From: Tubulanus polymorphus
Lineage: Eukaryota > Animalia > Nemertea
NCBI RefSeq assembly: GCF_964204645.1
Contig: NC_134028.1
Span: 2,480,001 to 2,544,000 of the forward strand
Length of the DNA stretch: 64,000 nt
Direction of reading: 5' to 3'
A model generated the notes under the pieces. It was given only the letters and a program-made list of their open reading frames with translations. It did not search any database and had not been told where the DNA came from. The position numbers were made by a program, and so were the translations under genes. This document shows positions 63,519-64,000 of this stretch, one piece after another. The stretch's first letter is position 1. Each line of letters starts with the position of its first letter.

Positions 63519-63779
63519 CAGGGGCAGATCAGGAGAGTATACAGGGGTGTACACCCCTTAAAACTTTTAAGTCGCAATGAAATTTAAAGGAAAAATTAAA
63601 AATATCAACAAGTATTTTTAAAAAGCTTATATTCCAAAACATGTTCTCTGTAGGCCTACTTCCAAAATATAGGTAATATGTTTTCTGATGATCTGGTGCC
63701 CTTTTGATTTTTAATTATATATGATACTGATATGTATGCCCTATTTTGGGCTGCACCCCTCCCTGAATCAGTCTGCCTG
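63519..63779. mobile_element. Degenerate MITE-like element
   Basis: Left CAGGGGCAGATCAGG...AGGGGTGTACAC and right GCACCCCTCCCTGAATCAGTCTGCCTG are imperfect inverted ends. Confidence 0.35.
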
Positions 63780-64000
63780 CAATTAAGAGGATGTTTATAG
63801 ATAATTTGATTTAGAGGAATCTTTTAATTTAGTGCCTGATGTTAGGCCTTCCACAGCCTGGTAGAGGTGGTTTAGGTGAACAAGTTAGTCTTCACACTGC
63901 AGGACTTTTAGGTGAAGGTGAAACTGGCCCTTGTTTATGCATAGGCTACTGTGTGTGCACGCTTATCTTTATGCTTATTCAATTAGAATACCCATGTAGC

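Overview
This is AT-rich eukaryotic DNA with short GT-AG introns (mostly 60-300 nt). The gene content suggests an invertebrate animal, probably a lophotrochozoan (inference). There are no prokaryotic features, CRISPR arrays or rRNA. I reconstructed about 14 protein-coding genes by reading splice sites by eye: a gustatory-receptor-like 7TM channel (-), an intronless ankyrin-repeat protein (+), a synaptotagmin-15-like gene (+), two paralogous secreted ShKT/ShKT-like/CCP mini-proteins (- at ~19 kb, + at ~61 kb), a DUF3715 (TASOR/TEX15-type) protein (-), a multi-EF-hand axonemal-type protein with an upstream X-box (-), a secreted VWD-C8-TIL-VWD protein whose third exon is a ~440-aa cationic Q/R/K tandem repeat (-), cathepsin L (+), an MS4A/CD20-like 4-TM protein (+), a 94-aa secreted peptide with four CxxxC motifs that the ORF track misses (-), a divergent ionotropic glutamate receptor (-), an orphan 311-aa ORF (+) and a CUB-CUB-CCPx5-TM receptor (-). 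Non-coding structure includes minimal hammerhead-ribozyme-like motifs of the Penelope type, several MITEs (one with Pol III B-boxes inside its TIRs), a perfect hairpin and a long (AT)n tract. The best novelty candidates are the small secreted Cys-rich proteins, the cationic-repeat VWD protein and the hammerhead-like elements. All exon models are manual and need RNA-seq confirmation.
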